A DNA stretch of 64,000 nt, taken from an uncultured virus (IMG/VR IMGVR_UViG_3300025121_000017) (taxonomy: Duplodnaviria; Heunggongvirae; Uroviricota; Caudoviricetes). The notes under the pieces were generated by a model, which saw nothing but the letters and a program-made list of their open reading frames with translations, was not told the origin of the DNA and ran no database searches. This document shows positions 26,924-36,977 of the stretch, piece after piece (the stretch's first letter is position 1; each line of letters starts with the position of its first letter). Location: the IMG/VR virus record IMGVR_UViG_3300025121_000017. One strand, 5' to 3'. Made by a program: the position numbers and the translations under genes.

Positions 26924-28771
26924 TTGTCGCGAAAGTCAAAAAACCGCAGCGCCGTCAATCTCAACGGCAGCTCCCCGGCGCTCGGGTACGACGCCGAGAC
27001 GCTGTCGTATTTCCGACGACTCGGCGTGGTGGTCGACCGCGACGGACTCCCGCAGATGACACCCGCGACGCCCGCGCTGCTCCAGATCGAGCGACTTCGG
27101 CAGACACAGACACGGCGTGTCCCGTCCGCGCCGAAGTATTTATTTCCGGACGCAGCGGGCAAAGGTGTCACGCGAAACGCCTGGGGCGAGCCGCTCACGG
27201 ACAAGCACTTGCGGCAGTACGGGCGCAAGAGTCCGGTGGCGGTCAAGGCCCGCTATGCCTGCGTGTCTCAAGTCAGCTCAGGGTGCGAGCTCATACGTGG
27301 CACGAAGCGACACTCAAGCGGTTCTCAGGCGGGGCTTCGCGTCGTTCATAAAAATTGGACACGCGACGAGCCGGTACCGCAGGGATTCGAGAAATACATT
27401 CGGCGCGCCGAAGACATGCTCGAGACGCCGTTTGAGGGCGACGCGCACGCGCCTCCGGTGCTGTCATTGCAGCAGCTCGTGCAAGGGTTCTACGGCGATA
27501 CGTTCGACCTGAACCGTGGCGTCATCGAACCCGTGCGCCGCGGAGGGGACGTCGTCGGGCTGCGTCCAGCGGACGGCGGCATCATTATTCCCGCGTGGGA
27601 CGTGGTCCGCCGCTGGACCGGTTACCATGGGACACTTACCCACGACGGGGTTGACGTTTCGAAAGTACCGGCGAGTGTGCGCGCAGACGTCGTCTCGCAG
27701 GACATTCGCACACGCATGGGGAGCAGCGGATACGGCGATCCTGGTGTGGACCTGGCCTCCGATGACCTGGAGTGGGTCATTTACCGCGATGGTGTCATTG
27801 ACGGAGGGTTCAACCGCGGTGAGCTGATCGTGCTGCCCATGATGACAAGCACGGACATCGAGTTCGCAGGGCATCCACCGAGCTATTTGCAGCTCGGCAT
27901 GGAATTCGTGGCAATGAGCTGGACGATCCACGACTTCCACGGGCGCAAGTTCACCGACGCAGCCTGGAACAGCATGATCCTGGCGGTCATTGGCGAGGGG
28001 TACGACGACGAAGGCTTCGATGATTTCCTCTCCAACTACCGCATGGCGGGCAAGGGCTACCAACGCGCTGGGAAGCCGGCCATCGTCCGGCTGCAAGAGG
28101 GGTCTGAGCTCAAGTCGATCGACACACGCCCGCCGGTCGCGGATGCAGAGTTCCGAACGCTCCAGGAGCAGATAGAGGCTGGGTTCTGCGCTATCATCCG
28201 GCGACACCCGGAGATCATCAACGGCAAGACGCCCTCTGCGTCTGGGTCATCTCTCAACGGCCCGTCTGAGGAACTCCGCATCCAGGTCTCTCGCGAAGAG
28301 GGGCAGGTTACAGACGTTCGGCACGTCGCAGCGTACTTGACGCAGTTCGTCAAGTTGGCGGTGCACCCGGACCTGCGTGTGGTCGCGATCTTTCCGTCGG
28401 CGGATCGAGGCGCGCTGGCGGACGTGCTCAATAAAGAGGTGCAACACCTCAAGACGCCGAACCAGGCGAGTGTCGAGCAGGGCGAGGAGCCCATGGGGTT
28501 CTACCTGCCGCGCGCCGAGTTCAACAAAGCGAGCGACGAAGACAAGAAGCGGTATTTCGAGAACCCGAATAACTACCCGGTGGATCCGAACTATCTCAAG
28601 ATTGTCCAGTTCGCTATGTCGCTCAATAAAGGCGCGGAAGACGCGCAGCAGCCTCCGCCCAAGCCAGGGCCGGACGGGAAATCGATACCTGAGAAGCCAA
28701 GCCCGTTGACGCTGGAGCATGCGCCGGGGCTTAAGCAAGAACAGCCAGAGGGGGGGGGAGACGCAATCTAG
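26924..28771 (+). CDS. phage portal protein
   Basis: VVGLRPADGGII, G.PPSYLQ, DAEF..LQE..CAI...PE.I, KTPNQ...G.EP; 615 aa. Confidence 0.75.
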   Translation: MSRKSKNRSAVNLNGSSPALGYDAETLSYFRRLGVVVDRDGLPQMTPATPALLQIERLRQTQTRRVPSAPKYLFPDAAGKGVTRNAWGEPLTDKHLRQYGRKSPVAVKARYACVSQVSSGCELIRGTKRHSSGSQAGLRVVHKNWTRDEPVPQGFEKYIRRAEDMLETPFEGDAHAPPVLSLQQLVQGFYGDTFDLNRGVIEPVRRGGDVVGLRPADGGIIIPAWDVVRRWTGYHGTLTHDGVDVSKVPASVRADVVSQDIRTRMGSSGYGDPGVDLASDDLEWVIYRDGVIDGGFNRGELIVLPMMTSTDIEFAGHPPSYLQLGMEFVAMSWTIHDFHGRKFTDAAWNSMILAVIGEGYDDEGFDDFLSNYRMAGKGYQRAGKPAIVRLQEGSELKSIDTRPPVADAEFRTLQEQIEAGFCAIIRRHPEIINGKTPSASGSSLNGPSEELRIQVSREEGQVTDVRHVAAYLTQFVKLAVHPDLRVVAIFPSADRGALADVLNKEVQHLKTPNQASVEQGEEPMGFYLPRAEFNKASDEDKKRYFENPNNYPVDPNYLKIVQFAMSLNKGAEDAQQPPPKPGPDGKSIPEKPSPLTLEHAPGLKQEQPEGGGDAI

Positions 28772-28796
28772 CTCCGTTTAACATGTGCATCTGGCC

Positions 28797-30037
28797 GCAA
28801 ACACTGGTATAATACATACGTCACGATCACCTGAGGTTTCATGATCCGCGCCCACAAGATCCGCCTAAACCCCACCCCCGATCAGGAAGTCTACTTCCGG
28901 AAGGCCTGCGGCATCGCCCGCTTCGCCTTCAACTGGGGGCGCGCCAAGTGGGAGGAAGAGTTCAAGGCTGGGAACAAGCCGTCCGCTTTCGGCTTGAAGA
29001 AAGCGTTCAACGCCTTCAAGTCCGATCTCCCTTGGATTTATGAAGTGACCAAGTGCGCGGCGGAGGGTGCCTTCTCTGATCTGGGGTCAGCCTTCTCCAG
29101 CTTCTTTCGCGAGATCAAGTCCGGCAAGGTAGGTTATCCCAAGTTCAAGTCAAAGCATCGATCCAAGCCCACCTTCTACCTGGCAAACGACCAATTCTCG
29201 ATCGACGGACACACCCTGCACGTCCCCAAGCTTGGCCCCGTCAATATGACCGAACCCCTCCGCTTTGTCGGCAAGATCCTGTCCGGACGGATCAGTCTCA
29301 AGTCCGGGTACTGGTGGGTGTCGATCCAAGTCGAGTTACCCGATCCCGTTCCCGTCCCTCACACAGGTCCCGCCATCGGCATCGATCTCGGCCTGAAAGA
29401 GCTGGCGGTCTGCTCGGACGGGAGGCGGTTCCAAAATCCGAGGCATCTCCAGGTTGGTCTGAGGAAGATAAGATCTCTGTCTCGAGCCCTTGCTCGGAAA
29501 GTCAAAGGCAGCGCGAACTGGCTGAAAGCCAAGGCAAGACTCGCGCGCGCCCATTATCGGATCGCCTGCAGAAGATCCGACGTGGTCCACAAGATGACGA
29601 CTGAGCTTGCACGAGGGGCAAGCCTGATCGGCCTGGAAAGTCTCAATGTCTGCGGTATGCTCCAGAACAGAAGACTGGCCCGATCGATCTCGGATGCGGT
29701 CTGGGGTGAGATCAAACGTCAGCTCGGCTATAAAGCACCTGATCGAGGCGTACAGATCGACCGGTGGTTCCCCTCGAGCCGGCTCTGCAGATTCTGCGGT
29801 ACGATCAACCAGGAGCTGGCGCTGGCGGATCGAACCTGGACTTGTGCCTGCGGGGTGGAACACGATCGCGATTGGAACGCTTCAGTAAATATCAGGGACG
29901 AGGCGATCCGAATTTTGAGTCAAGTCCCGGTGATGGCTATGTCGGGACCTAAATACGCCTGTGGAGAGATCAGTGCACTGGACTGACTCTGTGAAGCAGG
30001 AATTGAAGCATACTTTTTGGGTATGTAGAAAGTAGCA
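28797..30037 (+). mobile_element. solo TnpB locus 1 (IS200/IS605/IS607-derived, no transposase)
   Basis: Similarity to locus 2 runs from GCAAACACTGGTATAAT to AGTAGCA. Confidence 0.75.
28841..29986 (+). CDS. tnpB: RNA-guided endonuclease TnpB
   Basis: HTH start; RuvC GIDLG, LESL, DRDWNAS intact; CRFC/CACG Zn finger. Confidence 0.95.
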   Translation: MIRAHKIRLNPTPDQEVYFRKACGIARFAFNWGRAKWEEEFKAGNKPSAFGLKKAFNAFKSDLPWIYEVTKCAAEGAFSDLGSAFSSFFREIKSGKVGYPKFKSKHRSKPTFYLANDQFSIDGHTLHVPKLGPVNMTEPLRFVGKILSGRISLKSGYWWVSIQVELPDPVPVPHTGPAIGIDLGLKELAVCSDGRRFQNPRHLQVGLRKIRSLSRALARKVKGSANWLKAKARLARAHYRIACRRSDVVHKMTTELARGASLIGLESLNVCGMLQNRRLARSISDAVWGEIKRQLGYKAPDRGVQIDRWFPSSRLCRFCGTINQELALADRTWTCACGVEHDRDWNASVNIRDEAIRILSQVPVMAMSGPKYACGEISALD

Positions 30038-30057
30038 GGGGGAAGAGTGAGTACGCC
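29924..30057 (+). ncRNA. omega-RNA 3' scaffold plus predicted guide (5' end unknown)
   Basis: Hairpins GTCCCG/CGGGAC, TCAGT/ACTGA and GCATACT/GGTATGT conserved in both loci. Confidence 0.65.
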
Positions 30058-30760
30058 GTTAATCGCAAAAGTCGAGCACATCGTTGTGCACCACAGCGCG
30101 GGGAATCCCGCAGATACGATCGAGGACATCGATCGAGTCCACGCGGACCGAGGATTCGCCTGGTCCCATGGCGGCAAGTCCGGGCACTGCGGCTATCACC
30201 GCGTGTACCGCACCGACGGCATCGTGGAACACGGGCGCCCGCTCGAGACCATGGGCGCGCATGCCGGCCCGAAACCTGGCGGTCCGGACGGCGCGCTTTA
30301 CCCGGGCGTCAATAAGACGAGCTGGGGCGTGATATTCGTGGGTAATTTCTCGAAGCAAAGCGCGTGGGCCGACGCGCAACGCGACGCAGGGCTCGCAGAC
30401 ATTGCCGATCTGTGCGAGCGAGCCGGCCTGGGGGCTGAGGGCGTTCTCGGGCACAATGAGGTGCCTGGTGCGGCGACGGCGTGCCCTGGCGCACATGTGT
30501 CGATGGATGATGTGCGGCGGGATGTCGGGAGGATCCTGGAGGCGCGCAAGGCTGCGCAGCTGGCAGAGGGGCCGACGCTCACGAAAGGGCAGATCGACAC
30601 AGCCATCGCTGGGTGCCACGCTTTCGCCGCAGTGCTCACCGTCTTAGGTGAGGCCTTGGGCAAGAATGGCGTTGTAGCTGCAGGAGAGACAGTAGATGCG
30701 CTGTGCGATGCGCTTGACGAGATAATGACTCCTGAACCAAATTCAAGTGAGGCGAATTGA
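30047..30760 (+). CDS. N-acetylmuramoyl-L-alanine amidase endolysin (Amidase_2)
   Basis: IVVHHSA, GYH, GRP...GAHA, GNF, GHNE...CPG. Confidence 0.9.
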   Translation: MSTPLIAKVEHIVVHHSAGNPADTIEDIDRVHADRGFAWSHGGKSGHCGYHRVYRTDGIVEHGRPLETMGAHAGPKPGGPDGALYPGVNKTSWGVIFVGNFSKQSAWADAQRDAGLADIADLCERAGLGAEGVLGHNEVPGAATACPGAHVSMDDVRRDVGRILEARKAAQLAEGPTLTKGQIDTAIAGCHAFAAVLTVLGEALGKNGVVAAGETVDALCDALDEIMTPEPNSSEAN

Positions 30761-30762
30761 CC

Positions 30763-31164
30763 ATGGCAACTCCGTCTTTTGTGCTGAAGAACACCCTGTC
30801 CTACGTGCGCGATACTGGCGCAACTGCCCAAGTCACGAACGACAACACCGAGTATACCCTGCTGCCTGGCGCGGGCTATCTCCTCAAGCAGGAGATTACG
30901 CTCGCAGTGGGCGCCACGAATACAGCGGTGACACTGGCGGTGGACACCGCCGCGGTCCTGGTCGAAGAGGTGACCGGGGCGGACGAGGGCGTGCTGATGA
31001 AGATCGGCTCCACATCAGCGACGGCGGTCCGCCTCAAGAAGTTCATGGTCTGGCCTCCGCTAATCGACACGGTTGGGCTCGCGGCGTCGACAGTGCTCTA
31101 CTTCACCAGCGAGGCTGCGAGCGAGATTAAGATCGCCATCACGACCATCAATACGGACGCCTGA
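30763..31164 (+). CDS. putative virion protein
   Basis: Thr/Val/Ala-rich; structural region. Confidence 0.55.
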   Translation: MATPSFVLKNTLSYVRDTGATAQVTNDNTEYTLLPGAGYLLKQEITLAVGATNTAVTLAVDTAAVLVEEVTGADEGVLMKIGSTSATAVRLKKFMVWPPLIDTVGLAASTVLYFTSEAASEIKIAITTINTDA

Positions 31165-31168
31165 GCCT

Positions 31169-31522
31169 ATGGCCACTACGTCAACATTCTACTACGGGCC
31201 TTGCAGCGGCTGCGGACGCCGACGCCTCGACGACGTCCGCTGCTGCGGGCGCCCGCTAGACGCGAAGCGCGCGTACAAGTTTCGCTTCGACGGCTCACTC
31301 GCCGTCCGCAAGCCGGGAGACCCGGTGCTCTGGCGGCTGCGGTGTCGTTCCCTCGAGCAGGCGAAACGTGGCGCTGCGGAGATTGTTGACGGGTTCGAGA
31401 AGCGGCAGCCTCCCCTCGACGCGGTCCACCGAGGCGTGGTGGAGGGGGAGATGCTGAAGGGGCGAGAGCCGGAAGTGGCGGTACCCCACGTGTGGGTATC
31501 GCTGAGCGCACTATTTGACTGA
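31169..31522 (+). CDS. hypothetical protein with MLKG motif
   Basis: CxxC; C-terminal EMLKG...VSLSALFD. Confidence 0.6.
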   Translation: MATTSTFYYGPCSGCGRRRLDDVRCCGRPLDAKRAYKFRFDGSLAVRKPGDPVLWRLRCRSLEQAKRGAAEIVDGFEKRQPPLDAVHRGVVEGEMLKGREPEVAVPHVWVSLSALFD

Positions 31523-31532
31523 GGACTTCGCT

Positions 31533-31823
31533 ATGCAAGGACGAACTCGCCCCAACCGCGTGACCGCAGCATCGACGGCTGGCGGAACTGAGCTGTTCCC
31601 GTACAACCCGGGCCGGCTGAACTTCGCGTTCTCTGTGACCGGGGAAGACGTCCGCGTCACGACCGACGGCAGCGCGCCGTCCGCGACTAACGGTATGGTC
31701 GTGCCAGCGGGGGGCTCTATATTTCGAGACTTCAGCGGCGGCATCACGACTGGGCGTGTGCGCGTATGGTCGACGGGCGGGACTGCGGTGGTAGACGGCG
31801 AAGAACTCGTTCAGTTCGTGTGA
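31533..31823 (+). CDS. putative small virion protein
   Basis: GAGGA RBS; DGSAPSATNG motif. Confidence 0.6.
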   Translation: MQGRTRPNRVTAASTAGGTELFPYNPGRLNFAFSVTGEDVRVTTDGSAPSATNGMVVPAGGSIFRDFSGGITTGRVRVWSTGGTAVVDGEELVQFV

Positions 31824-31837
31824 CGTGCGTGCTAATT

Positions 31838-31871
31838 TGTCATTGACAATTAATCTGCACCGCCGCACACT
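31838..31871 (+). promoter_or_regulatory. GTCATTGACA-class promoter
   Basis: TGTCATTGACA-17-CACACT (weaker -10). Confidence 0.6.
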
Positions 31872-31905
31872 GTACCGAACCGATTATTTTTTCTCTGAGG
31901 CTAGC

Positions 31906-34900
31906 ATGCTCCACTACAACATAAGTCTATCCGCGCTGCTTGATGAGTCTCCTGCCGAGAAGGGACACCGTATGCCCGAAGAGGACGTCGCTGGCTGGCG
32001 CACCAACCCAGAGACGCATACGGTGTTTCCGATCACGGAGGCACAAGAGCGGGCTCATCCCGTGCGCGACCCGGAAAAGCACCGCGAGATCGTACGTGCA
32101 GTCGCGTCGCATGCCACGGGAGCTCGAGGCGGCGACCACACCCGGACGGACCGCCACGCGGAGCGGTCGATCGGCAAGGAGGAGCTGCACCGTATCGCGA
32201 CGGAACGGGGACAAACAGCGCGGGCGGAGCGGCATGCGCCTGTGGAGCGGCAGGACTCAGCCTCTACCGAACGCCCCGGTCCTGACACCGCGCCCCACAA
32301 GCTATCTCCCGCGGACTACGACCCGCACGTCCACGGACTGACGGAAGAGCATCGCGGACGCATCGCCGACTCCGTCAAGGAGCTGGCCAAGCGCAAGGAC
32401 GCTGCGCTCGAGGCACTCTCCGCCCGCCCCGACGTACTCAAGCGGTTGAAGGCCAAGGACGCCGAAGAAGCACTCCAGAAGCTCGAGAGCGACCCCTACA
32501 CGCCGAAGGGGCTGGACGATGTTCTGGCACCGTACCGGAGCGGCAAGCGGTCCTACGCCCAGTTCCTCGCAGACCGGGATCACGGGAAGCTGTCGGCGGA
32601 GGCAGTGGAGCGTGGGGAGGAGGTGCACACGCACGCGATGACGCCTGAGCTGGCCAAGCGTGCGGAGATGGTTAAGCGGCGGAATGAGCTCGGGCACACG
32701 ATGTCACTTGAGGAGTACCACAAGCATCACGCGGACATTCTCCCGGACGCGGAACACGCCCAGGTTAAAGCCGCTGCGGAAACGCCTATCGACTCAGGGC
32801 GGGGAGCGGCAGCCGATAAACACAATGCAACGCGAGAGGCTGCCTACAACAAGCTGCAGGACGACAGGGGGCGCCGGCATACGGCGGAGGCTGCTCACCG
32901 GGCCGGGGTAGTCGCTGCGATCCAGCGAGGCGCCCACGTGCCAGACGAGGCCCTCGCCGCGCACGGCGATCTCGCGCACATCTTCGATCGGACTGACGCG
33001 AGCGGACGTCGTAGCGTCGACGATGAGACCCGGCACCGCTTGGCCAAGAACATCCAGGCGGCGGAGAAGAAGGGCGGTAACCCGTATAGTCAGGCGTCCA
33101 GTGTGACACTCGCACACGAAGCGGTGCCGTTTTTCCGACCGGAAGGTCGTCCTGACGTTGCCGCGACGATGCACATGTTCGCCGGGCTGAACGAGCACGA
33201 GCATACCGTGCGCCCGGCCATGAACGGACAAGGTAAGATTCACTTTGTGGAACACTCCCGGATCAAGGCCGATACTCCGCATTCCGGCTGGGTCAAGGGC
33301 GAGAAGACGTTGGGCGACTCGTACGATGACGCGATGAAGTCACTGGCGCATGACCTGGGCCGGCACAAAGGTGCGGTGTTCCATGACCCTGTGGCGAAGG
33401 AATACGCAGAGAAAATGCGCGGAGACCTGGCCAAGCTGGGCTCCCCGGATAAGGGCACGCCTGCTCACAAGATGTCAGCAGCGGATTACCTGGCTCGGAG
33501 GCTCGAGGGTCCCAAGGGTAAGTACGGCACAGAAGAGACCGGACTGGACAATGTGCCGGGGTATGGTCGGCACCTTGCTGGCAATGTGGCGAAGATCCTC
33601 GAGGAAAATACGAACAGATACCACACCGGGCCGAGCGAACGTATTCGAAACGCGGGTATGGGCGGAGGCTTGCTGGCTGATTTCACGGAGGGATCGTACA
33701 GCAAGCACGCTTATGAGGCAGAAAAGTCAGCTAAGGCTGCCGGAGAGGAGATCAGCCCCGAGGCCTTTGACAACCCTCATCTTGCGCATCGCATGCCGAA
33801 GCACGTAGCAGAAGCCCGGCAGAAAGTGCGGGAAGAGCGGCTACGTGCCAAAGAAGCGGAACCCCTTACGCTCACCGAGGTGGCGAATCGGGCTTGGAAG
33901 GATCCGTCCAAGGTCTCAACGGAAGATCTGCAGCGGCTCCACGCCCATGTCAAAGAGGCAAAGAATAACCCGAACATGGAGCGCCGGGTAGGTGACGAGC
34001 TGAATAAGCGCGAGCCAAAGACGGACCCCAAGCCCAAGCCCCGCCTCAACATCCCCCTCTCCCGCGTCACCCACGGCGAGCAGTACGACGAACTCGCCCG
34101 CCGCATCAAGCAACGCCTCGAGCGCGCACACGGACACGAGGCGGACATTACCATCGGGGGAGACGGCTTCGACGTCAACTCCAACGCCGATGGCGCTGAC
34201 TGGAATCGTCTAGTCGACTCCGGCCAAAAGCACAAGGGCGAGGCCATCGCGGAGATGGAGGCGGAAGAGAACGCTAAGCAGGCCAAGCCCGCCCCGCTCG
34301 ATCGCATGCGCGCCAGCATCGCTTCCCGTCGCCCTCAGGCTGACCCTGACTTCCATCAGCCGATCGGCACGGCCCACGTACCGCTGCCCGCGCAGCAGGG
34401 GCTCTTCGGTCCCGCTACGTCCGGGGGCTCGACTGATGCCGAGCTGGCCTTGAAGAAGCGCACGCACCCGACGGAGGGGGACCAGTACGCGGTGCACATG
34501 AAGCGCGCGGACTCGCCGAGCTGGGAGCTGCACCCGGAACCTGGAGCGGCGAAGATCGACGAGGACGAAGACGATAATCCGATCCTGGGCGACAAGCAGC
34601 ACTGGCACGGGTCCGCGGACGAGGCGCTCGAGGCGTTTGCACGGGAGCACCATAAGGATGCCTCGTGGCCGAAGTACGAGGGTGCTGACGAACACACCGA
34701 GCGGGAAGGCAACGCAGACGGACGCATGCGCATTGATGGACACGAAGACGCCCAGCAAGCCTTCGCTGACGAGCACAAGCGCGTGCAGGAAGCGTTTACG
34801 CATAGGACCTCCCGAGAGAAAGCGCGACAGCAGGACGCCGCGAAAACGAAGGAACGCACCGCAGCAGACCGCGCGTATAAGGAAAAGACGCGCAAAGCGG

Positions 34901-35292
34901 AAGTCTGGCGCAAATGGCTTGATGAGCTGGACTCTCGCCACAATGACGGCGGTGAGCGCCGGGCCTCGCTAAGCGTGACAGACCCCGTGTCTGGCAAGAA
35001 AGTGGACCGTCCGGCTCATGTGTTCAAGCACGCTGGGTCCGATGAAGCCTATGCGGTACACGCGCACCGAGAGATGCCGAAGACGTACAAGGCGCAGCTC
35101 GCCCATCGGGAGAAATATCCTGACCAGCAGTTCGCGGTGACGCATCTTCCGTCCGGCAGGGTCGTCTCGACCCACGGCGAGAGCTACCAGGCGGAGCACC
35201 ATGCGAAGGCTTATCGGCGCTACGGCGAGCAGCACGCCGCGAAGCTGCAGGAGGCATTCCGGGAGAGCACGCCTCCGGATCTGAGTAAGTAG
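31906..35292 (+). CDS. large His/charged protein, putative internal virion cargo
   Basis: GAGG RBS; AEKG followed by AGWRTNPETHTVFP, paralogous to 63898-64000. Confidence 0.7.
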   Translation: MLHYNISLSALLDESPAEKGHRMPEEDVAGWRTNPETHTVFPITEAQERAHPVRDPEKHREIVRAVASHATGARGGDHTRTDRHAERSIGKEELHRIATERGQTARAERHAPVERQDSASTERPGPDTAPHKLSPADYDPHVHGLTEEHRGRIADSVKELAKRKDAALEALSARPDVLKRLKAKDAEEALQKLESDPYTPKGLDDVLAPYRSGKRSYAQFLADRDHGKLSAEAVERGEEVHTHAMTPELAKRAEMVKRRNELGHTMSLEEYHKHHADILPDAEHAQVKAAAETPIDSGRGAAADKHNATREAAYNKLQDDRGRRHTAEAAHRAGVVAAIQRGAHVPDEALAAHGDLAHIFDRTDASGRRSVDDETRHRLAKNIQAAEKKGGNPYSQASSVTLAHEAVPFFRPEGRPDVAATMHMFAGLNEHEHTVRPAMNGQGKIHFVEHSRIKADTPHSGWVKGEKTLGDSYDDAMKSLAHDLGRHKGAVFHDPVAKEYAEKMRGDLAKLGSPDKGTPAHKMSAADYLARRLEGPKGKYGTEETGLDNVPGYGRHLAGNVAKILEENTNRYHTGPSERIRNAGMGGGLLADFTEGSYSKHAYEAEKSAKAAGEEISPEAFDNPHLAHRMPKHVAEARQKVREERLRAKEAEPLTLTEVANRAWKDPSKVSTEDLQRLHAHVKEAKNNPNMERRVGDELNKREPKTDPKPKPRLNIPLSRVTHGEQYDELARRIKQRLERAHGHEADITIGGDGFDVNSNADGADWNRLVDSGQKHKGEAIAEMEAEENAKQAKPAPLDRMRASIASRRPQADPDFHQPIGTAHVPLPAQQGLFGPATSGGSTDAELALKKRTHPTEGDQYAVHMKRADSPSWELHPEPGAAKIDEDEDDNPILGDKQHWHGSADEALEAFAREHHKDASWPKYEGADEHTEREGNADGRMRIDGHEDAQQAFADEHKRVQEAFTHRTSREKARQQDAAKTKERTAADRAYKEKTRKAEVWRKWLDELDSRHNDGGERRASLSVTDPVSGKKVDRPAHVFKHAGSDEAYAVHAHREMPKTYKAQLAHREKYPDQQFAVTHLPSGRVVSTHGESYQAEHHAKAYRRYGEQHAAKLQEAFRESTPPDLSK

Positions 35293-35345
35293 AAACGCCA
35301 CTCATGCTCGACTCGATGAGCTAAACTGAACCTCTCGAGGTCTGC

Positions 35346-36857
35346 ATGAGCTCCATTACATTCGCCCCAGGCGTCGCCCTGGACCCTCTCACAGGTAAGC
35401 TTCCCACGTCCGTGATTCCGGCAGTCGCGCTCACCGAGACATACCCGGTCGCGGACGCCGCCGCACGGCTGGCGCTCGACGTTGAGATTGGGGATCTCGC
35501 GATCCAAGCTGACACAGGGGTCAACTACATCCTCTCCGCGCTGCCCGCGTCGGTGGACGGAAACTGGATCCCGATGGGAGCGACACCCTCGACCACGTCA
35601 ACGCATGGAGGTGTGGGGAACGCGGGGAAGACGCTCGTCCTGGACGCGGCGGGGAAGGCGGACGGACGCGAGCTGAGTGTCGACGGTGCTAAGCTCGACC
35701 TGATCGAGGCAGCCGCAGACGTGACGGACTTCGCAAATGTGTCCGCTGCGCTGGCCGCTGCGACTGGGGGCGTATCGCTGAACGGGCAAACCCTCACGGC
35801 AGATGTGGCCGGGACTGCCAGCGGGAATCTGACGTCGTTCCAAGGACGTGCCGCGCAGGCTGCTGTGCTCACGAAGGCTGACGTTACGGGGACGGGGCTC
35901 ACGTACTCGGACGTGGGCGCGGAGGTCTCGGGCGCTGCGGCGGCGGTGCAGACGAACTTGACTGCGCATATGGACGACGTGACTGCGGCGCACGCGGCGA
36001 GCGCGATTTCTTACACTCCGGACGGCGGAGTGGCGGCTACCAACGTGCAGGACGCGATTGATGAGCTGGATACTGATAAGGTCGCAACGTCTGCTTTGGG
36101 GGACGCTTCCGGAGTTGCGACGCTTGACGGCAGTACGCTTGTGGTTCAGAACCCCGCGAACGCTACGCAGACCCCTACCGCGTCGAAGATTCCGATCGCT
36201 AATAGTGGCAATGCGCAGCTGGCGCAGGGGTGGATCGCTTCTGGGGCGGCAAGTGCCGATCGCGTGCCGGTCAGCGACGGCGCAGGTGGGACGTCGTGGC
36301 AAGCGGTGCCGGCCACGGCAGGAGTGGCGAGCCTTGCGAAGACGGGCGGCGCCGCGCGGACAGGCGCACTGACCCTTACGGAGGGGACGAATGTCACGAT
36401 CACGGATAATGGAGACGGGACGTTCACGATCGCAGCGTCAGGAAGTGGGTCCGCTTTGACAGGTGGCCACGGAGAGTGGCGTAGCGGTATCAGCAAGGGG
36501 ACTACGAAGACCGCCATCATGCGGTGGACCACCACGGTACATGATACGCACGGAGGGTATTGGACATTCACGGACAGCGTCGCGGACGGATCGTACTGGA
36601 CCATCTTGGCCGCGGGGCTATACTCGTTCGCGTTCTCGTTAAACTCAACTGGGACGTCGACAATAAAGCGCGCAACCGCACTGAACAATAACGCTGCGTC
36701 CGGGGATACGGACCAGCTCGCGAGTGGGAACGGTAACAGATTCAATGTTTCAGTGGATGTATGGTGCGCAATTAATGACATCGTCTGGGTAGCGAATGAC
36801 GGTACTCCGGGTGCCTACGCTGAGATAAACCGCATTAGCGTAGCTCGGTTGCGTTAG
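35346..36857 (+). CDS. fibre-like structural protein
   Basis: Ala/Thr/Gly-rich; ATNVQDAIDEL, GVATLD, DGAKLD motifs. Confidence 0.65.
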   Translation: MSSITFAPGVALDPLTGKLPTSVIPAVALTETYPVADAAARLALDVEIGDLAIQADTGVNYILSALPASVDGNWIPMGATPSTTSTHGGVGNAGKTLVLDAAGKADGRELSVDGAKLDLIEAAADVTDFANVSAALAAATGGVSLNGQTLTADVAGTASGNLTSFQGRAAQAAVLTKADVTGTGLTYSDVGAEVSGAAAAVQTNLTAHMDDVTAAHAASAISYTPDGGVAATNVQDAIDELDTDKVATSALGDASGVATLDGSTLVVQNPANATQTPTASKIPIANSGNAQLAQGWIASGAASADRVPVSDGAGGTSWQAVPATAGVASLAKTGGAARTGALTLTEGTNVTITDNGDGTFTIAASGSGSALTGGHGEWRSGISKGTTKTAIMRWTTTVHDTHGGYWTFTDSVADGSYWTILAAGLYSFAFSLNSTGTSTIKRATALNNNAASGDTDQLASGNGNRFNVSVDVWCAINDIVWVANDGTPGAYAEINRISVARLR

Positions 36858-36907
36858 TTCCATAAATATCTCATTGAGCGGCTCGGTGCCTAATTTCCTC
36901 GAAAAAT

Positions 36908-36941
36908 TGTCATTGACATCTTTCCTCTCTTTCGGTACTGT
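36908..36941 (+). promoter_or_regulatory. GTCATTGACA-class promoter
   Basis: TGTCATTGACA-17-TACTGT. Confidence 0.75.
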
Positions 36942-36977
36942 TGAGCACGCGCTTAACTTCCACCAAAGGAGAAGACC

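Noticed and set aside
28841..29986. TnpB as Cas12f or nuclease-dead TldR
   Set aside because: No CRISPR array nearby and the RuvC catalytic residues are intact
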